Origin: Antedon mediterranea
Lineage: Eukaryota; Animalia; Echinodermata
Length of the DNA stretch: 64,000 nucleotides
Assembly: GCF_964355755.1 (NCBI RefSeq)
Contig: NC_092673.1
Coordinates: forward strand, 7,936,001-8,000,000
Direction of reading: 5' to 3'
Made by a program: the position numbers and the translations under genes. This document shows positions 49,201 to 58,830 of the stretch, piece by piece (the stretch's first letter is position 1; the number at the start of each line of letters is the position of its first letter). Under the pieces are notes generated by a model, which searched no databases, was not told where the DNA came from, and saw only the letters and a program-made list of their open reading frames with translations.

Positions 49201-52159
49201 TCTAACAATATAAATGATTAAACTATGTTTGCACTTATAGACTTTCTTGATCAACAATTCTTTTTGGAAGACTGGTTGGGAGCAGAAATTCTACATTTTT
49301 TACAATCATTCGAGGAAGTGGAGTTACTAACATTAATTTTGAAAACATTTTTTGGTTTTAAGGTACAGCTAGTAATCATGAACGAAGCACGGACAAAATG
49401 TACGCTATTGGAACTTTGCCAACCTACGAGTCTTTGAGGGCGTTTCTGAATGAATCTCGCATATCGTTAAATGCTCTTGAGTTGCATTTGAAAGAAAAAT
49501 TGACAAAAGAGGTACAGATCAGTTTATTCTCATAATTCTTTATTGGTATAAGTTATTAGATATTTTACTAATTTCAACTTGACATTTACTTTTTTATTTT
49601 TTGTGGTATAAAAAGGCAGCATAGGCTGAAAGCATTGCAAAATATAGCAAAATATAAAAGTATACAAAATATGGGCAGAACTAAAAAATCCAACATAAAG
49701 ACACAATACAATATTATAGCAATAAAAACATACAAAAATGCCTTTAAAAGTACAGACGGTAATATTGCTAAATAATTAATTATAAATTAAGTATTTTAAT
49801 GCTTATTTTACAATTTGTTTTTTTTAAAGATTAAGATAAATAAGATGCTGATATAAAATTCATTTAAAACCATACTTTTAACTATTATGCTTATATAACA
49901 TTTATTATCTAACTGTGATGCTTATTTAAACATTTGCACCAAACTGGGTACAGGTGACATCCTGTATCTTTGCGTCTTAAATTTTAGAATTTTAAGCAAT
50001 GATTAGACCTTAAAGTTCTCAAAGTTTGTAGTATTGGGGAAGCAAATTCCTAAAATCAACCTATTGCTATATGCAAGTGTAAGCATATCTCTTCGTTCCT
50101 CAAGTAAGGAATTAGCAATAGTTGAAAGATCATCTATGCTGTTATATTTTCTAGGGAACTCAAACTTCTCTGTCTGGATGGTCACATGGTACACAGACTC
50201 TTCGCAGACACTTAGAAGAGTGTGTTCATTATCTGTCTTTATTCTGGAGTGCAAGCCTACCACCTAAAGATGAGTTGAGCAGGTTGAGAAAGAAATTACT
50301 GTACCAAGACAAAGTGATGAAGTCAACGTTGAAGACATTAGAATCCACCAATCGAATGAAGGAAGGAATGGAATCTGCCATTTACAATCAATGTAATATT
50401 CAAATGATTTTTAATTTCAAACAATCATAATTATGTCATCATGCTTTTTATTTATTTTTTAAAATAAAATAGAGGAAGTGTTAAAACACTTTATCTATTT
50501 TACATTTGTAAAATGAAACACCAATACCTAAATCTAAAGCATAAATAAATAAGTTTTTCTTGTTTGTATCCATAGTAGCAAAAACGCATGATGTTCTGAA
50601 ACAGGCTCGTGGTAACCTGCAGGTAAGTTCATTCATTAATTTTTTAAAGAAAATATAAAATTATACTTCGGTGTACTATAAGTAGTATTGTATTGATTTT
50701 CGAACAAGATCAGTCAACAACGTCGCATGGCTAAAATTCTCAAATTGTTACAGAAAGCTGAACGTGCATTAAAGCGTGTTACCGTATATTTCGGTGTATA
50801 AGTCGCACTTTTGACACGCAAATTTGACCTCTAAATTAAGGGTGCGTCTTATACACCGAACATAAATGCCTCACCACACAGATTGTACATAGGGCCTAGG
50901 CCTAGGCTATCGTCACCTCGTTTTCTAGGCCTGAGTAGGCTAGGCCTAGCTACAGTAACTAACTAACGTAACAGCAACCTGCTTCTGCCTAGGCCTAGTT
51001 TTCAAGTCATTTTAGCATGATGTTATACTAAATATGATGAAAAGATTTGTTCATTATGGCGCTCCGATAAAATTTCATTTGTAAACGTTTACGTACGATT
51101 GGAATAGTATTTATTTATACAGTAGTTATACGCACGATCGCCGTACCCCAAGCGCAAGCCCTTCTTTTGGTGGCCACATGGTGTACGGTATTCGACTAGT
51201 ATATTCTCCAAGTGATTATAGCATGGACCTAGCGTACACACTTCTCAGATACATAGATACTAATCGAATACGATTGTCCGTGAAAACGTGCGGCCTCTCG
51301 AAATGATCGAGCGAGGCTAGCCCACACACGTGCGTGTTACACACACGGTCATGCACTCGATGTTGCGGCGAAACTCATGAATAACAAGTTAGAAAGAACT
51401 TGTTGAGGCTGGACGCGGCCGAGCCTAGGTAAGAAAAAACCTAAATAAAGGACGCCGTTGTAGATATCACAAAATATATTATTACAATAATATTGATTAC
51501 AATTTAAAAAAACATTGTTTTGATGAAATATAAGGTGCGTCTTATACATCGACGATATAAAAAATACCGATATTTTACTCTCAGTTGGGGGTGCGTCTTA
51601 TACACAGGTGCGACTTATACACTGAAATATACGGTAATTATCACCATTAGATATCACTTTTTCGTTAGGTAGGGCTAATTCAAAATGACATGAGTAATTA
51701 ACCAATCAAATTGCAGGAATACAATCGGGTGTGTTTAAACCTATTAACCATTGAAATTTATAAATTTGATGTCACTTTGAATCAATTTTTCATACTCTGA
51801 TGCCAAGGTTCTCAAAGAGTTTGTGATTTAAAGGCGTTTGAATCCCACCATGCTTTAGAATGACATTTTGTATACATAAATCCCATTTTCTGTCTTCCCT
51901 ATTCTTTTTTATTCAATTTAACATTGATTTATTTCATTACATTTTGAAAACAAATGAAAAAAACACATTCAGGTTGTGTTCAAACAAGGGTGCGGTTGCC
52001 ACAATAATAAAGTATGGCAATCTAATGTAAATTCATTACAAAAACACAGCAATATGATTCCAATTTATCATTATTGTTACATGACCTTATAATTGCAAGT
52101 TATTTATATTTACAGTTTTTTATTCAATTTTTCAGGCTGACCACAATAGCATGATATGA
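17798..52159 (+). CDS. CDK5RAP2: CDK5RAP2 / myomegalin (PDE4DIP) / centrosomin-family centrosomal coiled-coil scaffold, about 2,570 aa
   Basis: Phase-consistent exons: 17798-17847, 24854-24948, 25471-25538, 26247-26345, 27432-27508, 27960-28229, 28798-28954, 29276-29338, 29815-29910, 30488-30529, 31404-31523, 32512-32604, 33200-33409, 33866-34036, 34594-34635, 35667-35741, 35982-36119, 36247-36330, 36773-36970, 37320-37511, 37849-38086, 38404-38503, 38765-38825, 39014-39121, 39270-39344, 39629-39899, 40377-42656, 42803-42980, 44841-45652, 46317-46455, 46778-46884, 47199-47498, (48629-48679 uncertain), 48833-49045, 49363-49511, 50155-50392, 50576-50622, 52136-52159 (last exon less certain). 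CM1: SPVRAHTMKDYEQQIAELKKENFSLKLRIYFMEERLQQ..NIELRVEVESLK. Also KRDRAIQGLT and HLEEIRALRKRLEESITVNDRLREQLE. CM2: AIYNQLAKTHDVLKQARGNLQ. Likely co-orthologue of vertebrate CDK5RAP2 and PDE4DIP. Confidence 0.93.
20630..20862 (-). mobile_element. SINE with Deu/Nin-like domain (longest copy)
   Basis: Minus strand: tcggataaggactataaactgtaagtcc...cactttaaagaacc...gagtagggggttaccccggtgt, ending in an (aatc)n-like tail. Confidence 0.8.
25471..27508 (+). other. Exons encoding the CM1 / gamma-TuRC-binding (gamma-TuNA) motif
   Basis: MKDYEQ|QIAELKKENFSLKLRIYFMEERLQQNFNDDAKT|NIELRVEVESLKNDL across three exons; the conserved ENFxLKLRIYF core is intact. Confidence 0.93.
26877..26972. repeat. Exact 48-bp tandem duplication
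   Basis: tgatattcttggttaatatgcagtttttctgaagattctgtgttaaat occurs twice head-to-tail. Confidence 0.9.
28320..28500. repeat. Interspersed repeat of unknown class; second copy at about 45716-45845
   Basis: caaataatg(g/a)atgtttatgagtg...aatt(t/c)catgaggtggaag...cattgcatgaat shared by both loci; weakly palindromic. Confidence 0.6.
29423..29568. mobile_element. MITE (Harbinger-like); related degraded copy at about 46005-46185
   Basis: gcttgattcccactagagacgcaac / gttgcatttctagtggaaaccaagc; both copies carry caaggacgtag and inverted ttgaccaat motifs. Confidence 0.7.
30236..30423 (-). mobile_element. Short Helentron-associated (HINE/DINE-like) element
   Basis: Minus strand: tacctccaccag at the 5' end, ttagcaggatta core, 3' subTIR ttggtggaggt followed by hairpin gcgctctctgagtgc. 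Confidence 0.6.
31153..31306. mobile_element. MITE family A copy (full length)
   Basis: agctctgtcacactatcaaact ... agtttgatagtgtagaaagagct with TAA/TTA flanks. Confidence 0.85.
32635..32754. mobile_element. MITE family A copy (opposite orientation)
   Basis: agcactgtctacactatcaaactag ... gtagacagaggt. Confidence 0.75.
34685..34927. mobile_element. MITE (Harbinger-like), CpG-rich
   Basis: Inverted ends gtttccattaaaatcgctacacg / cgtgtagcgattttaatggaaac; internal palindrome atcggcaaagtt...aactttgccgat. Confidence 0.75.
35250..35390 (+). mobile_element. Deu/Nin-like SINE fragment
   Basis: gataaggacttaaaactggaggtccagtgcacacatctggctcatgtgcac...gtaggggttacccccggtgtact. Confidence 0.7.
35798..35908. 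mobile_element. MITE family A copy (partial)
   Basis: ggctctgtctacactatcaaactttatgtgacaacaaaatgtgatgtgccc. Confidence 0.8.
40063..40195 (+). mobile_element. Deu/Nin-like SINE 3' fragment
   Basis: ttaccctggtgtactagtatacacacag...aggccccttgattgccagcatac plus (aaat)n tail; matches the 9215 copy. Confidence 0.7.
43211..44675 (+). mobile_element. Helentron-associated non-autonomous element (HINE/DINE-1-like architecture), 1.46 kb
   Basis: 5' subTIR taggttatatgcatt with adjacent inverted copy aatgcatataacct, (ttta)n microsatellite, 3' subTIR aatgcatataaccta (44629-44643), hairpin aattcgtca-tag-tgacgaatt (44645-44665), ending ctagtt. Confidence 0.8.
48007..48358. repeat. Homogeneous 31-bp minisatellite, about 11 units
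   Basis: Unit atgctgcaacctaccatagaacatgtttttg in near-perfect tandem array, no spacers. Confidence 0.97.
48703..48800 (-). mobile_element. Deu/Nin-like SINE fragment
   Basis: gggtaaccccctactcgttttaaaagatgtact..ttctttaaagtg..cttatccgaga matches the 20630 copy. Confidence 0.7.
50155..50622 (+). other. Exons encoding the C-terminal CM2 region
   Basis: LEECVHYLSLFWSASLP..LSRLRKKLLYQDKVMKSTL..AIYNQ|LAKTHDVLKQARGNLQ matches the CDK5RAP2/Cnn CM2 pattern (QLxxTHxxLxxARGNL). Confidence 0.9.
50782..51634. mobile_element. Non-autonomous Tc1/mariner-superfamily (pogo/Tigger-like) element
   Basis: TIRs ccgtatatttcggtgtataagtcgcac / gtgcgacttatacactgaaatatacgg; TA TSD on both sides; internal repeats of ggtgcgtcttatacac. 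Confidence 0.88.
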
Positions 52160-52279
52160 GAACAGATGATGTCTAATAAAGTAGAAAAAAGAGTGAAATT
52201 GGAAACTAAGTATTCTGAAATTGACCAAAAGAAAGAGATTGAACACCTTGAGCACCCACCAATAATAGTAATAGAATAG

Positions 52280-53745
52280 AAAAGAATTAATATTATGTAA
52301 ATGATTTTGTGCATACAATTAGTTTAGGTTATGGTTTACCTATGTTTTATATTAATAATAAAATAGATTTTAATGGTAAGTTTTAAAAGTGAATTTGTAT
52401 CCACTGATGACAATGACATATACAGTACATCAGTGTTTTCATATCTGCATTGAAAGCCATTAACTTTACATGAATATAAATTCGCTTTTACCTTGATTTT
52501 GTGTGTGCATTCCAATGTAAACTACCCAATCCTACAATTAACCCCTGATAAATATGTGCATGTATAATTATTGTATAAATACAAATATAGCTTCAGTACT
52601 AAATGTAATTTAATATAAAATTTGGCCAAAATGATTAAAAGGTTATATTCATCACAATAGTGATTTTTTTGAGTATGCAGCATCAATTCTATAGAATGAA
52701 TCTCCCTAAGTAACTCATTTACAATTGAACGTGGAATCATAAAGCAATCTTTAATCTATGGTGAAATAGAGTTCCCTCTTTTTGTTGTTACAAAATAGAA
52801 TGCAATGAGTGGAACTTGATTGACAGCCTGGTTTTATTTTATAGCTTTTGTTACAGTGTACTAAAAATGTCTCCGTTTTAAAAAGGAATTTTAACAAACA
52901 TGTTTTTGTATTTTTCAATTTATAGGGATGTGGGGTATTGTTAATTTAGTAATAAAGACTAGTTTCATATTCTGGTAAAATGGGTGCATTATAGACTAAT
53001 AATTTTATAATAATTTACATAAAAAGCACTAAATATTGTATTACTATCTATGTTAAATGCTGGTAATCTGTAACTGTACCAGGATAATTTTACTAATAAT
53101 GAATAATTTAATGACAACAAATGTAAATTCAATAGTTCTCAAATGTAGGGTTCTATGTTTCTATACCACCAAGGTTTCTGCAATTTTATAAACAATTTTA
53201 ATTTAATAATTGTTTTGGTGACAGGATAATTTTAGTTTTCTATTAATAATTTTATGTCATTTTACTGTAGTTTTATTCGGTTATGGTTTCATTCACATTA
53301 TTTCTTGTTATTGAGATTTTTGTTGTTTTAGTTCATATGTAGTACCTTTATTTAGTAGTGTCTACTGTTGGCCGATTATCAACAACATTTTACAATCTTT
53401 GTAATGTATAACCAACTTTTTTAGTAATTGCTAATGGTATTTTTATGTTTAAAATATTGTATCGAATACATACACTTTGTTATTTACATATTTATTTACT
53501 TAATTTAATCAGATTGATGTATCGACCAATGAAAATTTCTTAGTAATATAATGTTGTGTTTGTTCTTGATGTTTAATAATTCTTATATGATGAGCTTAAT
53601 TATGGGAATGGATTTTTAAATAATGCAGAGGTGTAGTTTTTTTTAAAAATTTAAATAGGTTATTGTGATCAAATGTCTCTGCAGTGTACTATAATAAATC
53701 TGTATATTTTTGCAACTCTAGTGATTTTTTTGCAATAAAGTAAAA
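52280..53745 (+). other. Probable AU-rich 3'UTR of the CDK5RAP2-like gene
   Basis: T-rich, repeat-free stretch after the last coding exon; AATAAA near 52356, 52951, 53693 and 53734. Confidence 0.45.
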
Positions 53746-56265
53746 GAGATGCTTTGAAATCAATTTACATGTAGGCTGTATTATTTTAAGATTATTATTA
53801 TTATTAAGGTTTGTCAAAATTTGTGAATGATTGATGACCTCTGAATAATATATTTTAACGCTTGACAAGTGAGTGCAACCACTAGTAATTGTAGTGATTT
53901 GAAGATAACCAAAAACAATTATAATTTACTATAAAACAAAGTTATACTATTGGTATAAAACTGAAACAATTTGCATAAAAAACCCAGAATGGCTTAATGG
54001 AGTCAATTGCTATACCAAAAGATAATAAAGGATTATAAGATACAGATTCACTGATTCCAAAAGTCCATCTACTACTGTATAATTAGCACAAACAGTCAGA
54101 AAAAAAAAAAATATAAATAAAAAAAAAAAAAAAGTAAAAATTGACATGCAAAAATAATGAAAAATCTAAAATATAACTTCTGATAGTGACAAATGTCTAA
54201 ATCTAGTTGTATTATTACAAGACCAAACAAAAAACAATTTAATAATAATAATTTTATTTTGATTACATATTAAAGATATATTGTCCCCATAAAAACGTTT
54301 TATTCTATATTTTGTTGAATATGCCATTTTAATGTCAGATAATATTTATTCACTTTGACCAAAAACAAGATCGAAAAAAAAAATGTATTTACCTAAAATG
54401 TAATTTCAAGCAAAAAATACTTAAATTGTCAGTTAAAACTGCAAAATGGCCTATTCAAAGTCTGATTTTATTAATCTTCATTTTTCATGTTTCTAGGGGA
54501 TAATACAAAAAAGAAAGACAAAAATTATACATTTATCTAGATCAACCAAATAAAATAAAAGAGATTCAAAGATATGTTACAAATACATTAAATGTACTTT
54601 CTTCTATTAAAATACATGACAGTTGTTATGTGAGAATGTTTGGGAGGATTTTAAATACCTGTAAGAGTCGTACAGATTATCTTTTTACCTAAAATGCTGC
54701 GTCCATCATCTTAATATTGGCTTCTATCCGTCGTGTCATCTGAAAGGCATGTGAATAAAGAATTAATTATAAATAAATATTTTGGTTAAATTTTCACTAG
54801 TTTATAATATTATAATAGCAGGGAGTTGTTATTAGATAATAATAATAACAACTCCATGATAATAGCATGCCATAAACGTATTCATGAAAGAGAAAAGAAA
54901 GAACTCAGGAAAAACGAATTTCTACTCTGTGGAATTTTGGAAAGGTTTTCCGATGGTAAGCCTATTTCTGTTTTCGCATTGTAATAGATATTGATTGTGC
55001 TAATATGCAAATATATTTTGGTAGCATATTATAAAAAGTGCACTATTATAAATATTATTAATTTTAATATTATAGGTCTATTGTTTTTTTTAATGGAATA
55101 ATTACTTTTAAGTTTGTTTTGTACAGGATCATGTACACGATTGTAGGCGGAGATCAATAACAAAAATTAATAAAAGTTCGAGTGGAAAACCCAAGTACCA
55201 TACTTGTAACGCTCGAATTATTTTGGATTATATATTTTAAGTGGCATCTTCTCTTCGTACTGATTAGCTGAAGTGAACAATTCATTTGTAAATGTTTACT
55301 CTCTCACTCAAGTGGTACATGAAAGCTTTATGAGCTTGTCTTTCACTAGGCTCGTTAAGTCTTCTTTAACTCTTGTACTCGAGTTAGAAATCTAATTGCA
55401 AATTAACTATCGAGTTAAACGAAAAATCCCCAAAAATAACACAGAAAAATAAAATAAAATTATCTGATGCGGTCGAATAACATATTATACAAAAATATAA
55501 TTATACAAATATTAAATATTCAACAAAAAGCTGGTCCAGGAATATGGAAAATTAACTGTAGTGTTTTTAAAGATGAAGAATACAACATAAAAATAAAAAG
55601 AATCTATATTTTACGTAAGGGCAAAATTCAGTAAATCTCGCGTAATAAAAAAAAATAATCTTACACCAGACGTATTGTGGGAACTACTTAAAATAAAAAT
55701 AAAAGAATTTTCAGCTAAATTCTGTGCAAGTAAAAAAAAAAGATGAATGGTAATAAGTTAAACCTAACTATGGACGTCAACACATTAACGAGCAAACCTA
55801 ATAACGATCAAAATATTAAACATACACAAAACAAATCTATCACTGTGATCAAGAGTTAAATGGTTTGAAAAAGAGGAAAGAAATAACAAATACTTTTTAG
55901 CATTAGATAAAAATAATGCAAAAAGAAAACACATTACTATGATTTTAAAAAGGAACAGAAAACATACTTCGGATGTTCACGAGATACTATAGAGGAACAA
56001 ATTAAATTCTATGAACATCTGTATCCAAAGATAATAAAAACAGAAAATGAAATAAATAAATATTTACAAAATACTACAGTTAAAAAACTCTTGGAGAAAG
56101 ATTAAATAAAATGTGAGGAATATTAACAGAAGGAGAACTAACAAACGCAATATCTAACATAAAGTTGAATAAAAGTCCAGGTTTTGATGGACTAAGTGTC
56201 GAATTCTATCGTCATTTGTGGGAATATCTAAAAGATATTTTGTGTAATTCTTTAAATTACACTTA

Positions 56266-58830
56266 CTAGATGGCACGCTCGCTTCGCTCGCGTACCATCT
56301 AGGGGTGCTCACAGATGGTTCTCGAATACAGTAGAATCCACGGACGGGGACTTTTTTGGGACACTAAACAAAAACGGAAGTGTCCCCCTAATTGGGGTAT
56401 TCAGAAATAGAGACAACAAAACCAATACTGGATTCCATAAAGGACAATTAATTTATGTGGATTAAAGAAATTAGGGAGAAATGGAAATGTATGTACGGGA
56501 ATTGGGCGGCACGTGGTGGTGGTGATGGAACCGCAGTAATAAAGTTGATTGTATTTATATATTATAAGAACCAAACTAAATAAATAGACCTAGACATTCT
56601 GCGAAATGGAAATCGGAAATTCAAGCTCCTATTCAGTGAAAAATTAAACTGTAGTCTACCTAAATATTTAGGGCAAATCATCGGTTGTGGTGTTGAAATT
56701 CCTGTAAACATTTGTGTGAACCAAACTGGGTCGAATTTCTGTCATGAGTACTGATTTGTTGGCCTGTGATTTATGACGCCTAAGGGATCTATCTAGACTT
56801 ATTTTTTAGAATAATGTACGTACCTGTCAGATACAATTGTCTTGTGTCGTATAATAAATAAGTACTGTAATAGTTACTGAAGTTACTATTACAATCTCGT
56901 CAATGAAAACACGAAAATGTATATGCACTTACTTATGAAAACGTATACAGTATTATACTCAGTTATTGAAACAGTATGTTTAAAAAAAAGTTTCGTTTGT
57001 CTGTAAAATGATGTAATCAAGCTGTTTACATGAGTCTTAATTTATAAGCACATCAATAATAAAATAGTTTATCTATCCTGTAATTGGCGAGATTATGGTC
57101 GCTGTTGAATGAAATAAAGCCAATCGGTATCATATTTGTACAGAAACGTTTTCGCGGCCGAAGGGTGTAACCTAAATTCGTTGTATTATCGTCAAAAACT
57201 AACTGTAACTAAACTTACATAGAAAGTAGGGTATCATAAATTTGGCCTTAGCACTCGGGGGAGTGGCTAAGAGGAAGTCCGTGGGACTACTAAATATAAA
57301 TTGTAATGAACCTCGAGGGACATAAATAGGAATATTTCATGTTTCATTATCAATGTATAATAAATGGAAACTGTTTACCGATTCAAATAATAGAAATTGG
57401 TTTTTAACATTTTCCGAACCTATTGCAAGTTTATTCTCAAAGGGCCCATATATTTACCTACCGTATGTGTTAAACCAAGGGCGCATAAATTTACCTACAG
57501 TACTTGTGTTAAACCAAACTCTGGCAGACTGAGAGATTGGGATGTTCCATTCATCGCAAATCAATACATTTGTATAATCGTATATTAAATCTATCAAAAT
57601 AGTATTTTTTAAAGAAAATCGGCCTGTCTTCAACATTATGATGGTGTACTCTAGCAATCTATCAAAATAGTATTTTTTAAAGAAAATCGGCCTGTCTTCA
57701 ACATTATGATGGTGTACTCTAGCTGTTCAACCGGTTTTCAGCTATTAAAAACAATTATCGTAGGAGGAGATAGGAAAATGCGAAGCCTCCTCGCTATGTA
57801 ACATTAGGGTTGAGGGATGGGAAAGCGGATAGGTACAAAGAGGAACAATTTTTAAATATATTCTTTATCCACTGAGTAACGAAATATTTTGTTCATGTTT
57901 TATAGGCCTATAAATAATATACCTCTAAATACAGTAGGCCTAAAACATTTGCGATTTAATACTTTGTTAAAACTGTCACTGTCATAATCGATTGAAATAT
58001 TAAAGTACATGTCACGATACACCACTACGACGTTTATATTTTTGGTAATTATTAATTAATACAAACGTTGAGAAGGAACTGTCAGTATAAAGTTTATTTG
58101 TATATCTAACAGTAGAGCCTATCCACAGTCTCAGTAATAAAGTTTATTTGTATATATTTTTATATTACATCTAACAGTACGAACATTCACAGTAAGAAAT
58201 GTTCGATTCAAATGAAAAATAGTTAATAGGTATTTACAGTATTGTCAAAGTATTGCAAGTTTATTCTCAAAGGGCCCATATATTTACCTACCGTATGTGT
58301 TAAACCAAGGGCTCATAAATTTACCTACAGTACTTGTGTTAAACCAAACTCTGGCAGACTGAGAGATTGGGATGTTCCATTCATCGCAAATCAATACATT
58401 TGTATAATCGTATATTAAATCTATCAAAATAGTATTTTTTAAAGAAAATCGGCCTGTCTTCAACATTATGATGGTGTACTCTAGCTGTTCAACCGGTTTT
58501 CAGCTATTAAAAACAATTATCGTAGGAGGAGATAGAAAAATGCGAAGCCTCCTCGCATTTTTTTGGCGGGTATTTTTCAAGATGGACATCCATTAGACAG
58601 TGTATACCACGATCGGAAAACACCCCTATTTGGGGCAAATCGTTGAACCTAAATTCGTTTTAATCGTCAATAACTAATTATCTAACTCAATTTAATTAGT
58701 AAACAGGGTTACATCAGGCGGTTAAAATCAGTACCGAAAGTACGAACCAACTTTACATACCATCGAGTGAAAATTCTAGAAGTAAGGCGCGATTTACCGA
58801 ATTTTGCCCTTACGTAAATTTATATATAGA
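56266..58830 (-). mobile_element. Non-autonomous Helitron (2.57 kb) inserted in the LINE
   Basis: Minus strand begins A|TC (58830) and ends CTAG|T (56266), no TSD, GC-rich 3' hairpin at 56266-56302. Removal restores the LINE frame (CNSLNYTY-NNNSLSNSQKLGV). Confidence 0.88.
57421..58556. repeat. About 300-bp near-identical direct duplication inside the Helitron (57421-57795 vs 58251-58556); first copy has an extra tandem duplication of about 68 bp
   Basis: tattgcaagtttattctcaaagggccc...aaaatgcgaagcctcctcgc occurs twice; aatctatcaaaatag...gtactctagc is doubled at 57588-57723. Confidence 0.92.

Noticed and set aside
49241-49274. Extra small exon (DFLDQQFFLED)
   Set aside because: Good acceptor, but the nearest GT gives a phase that does not match the next exon; 49045 splices in frame directly to 49363.
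50007-50078. 72-nt in-frame cassette exon
   Set aside because: AG/GT bounded and open, but poor pyrimidine tract and no recognisable family similarity; left out of the model pending RNA data.
51825-51852. tRNA-like 3' fragment (tttgaatcccacca)
   Set aside because: Only a partial B-box-like match; no cloverleaf.
52157-52159. Selenocysteine recoding of the in-frame TGA
   Set aside because: No SECIS-like hairpin recognised in the AT-rich 3' region and no redox motif; the TGA-G context is also poor for readthrough, so alternative splicing is preferred.
57397-58466. Duplicated small ORFs (MLKTGRFSLKNTIL...)
   Set aside because: They arise from the internal Helitron duplication and show no recognisable domain.
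55603-58830. A 3.2-kb TIR transposon
   Set aside because: No TSD, LINE coding sequence continues collinearly inside it, and both 'TIRs' are Helitron 5' ends.
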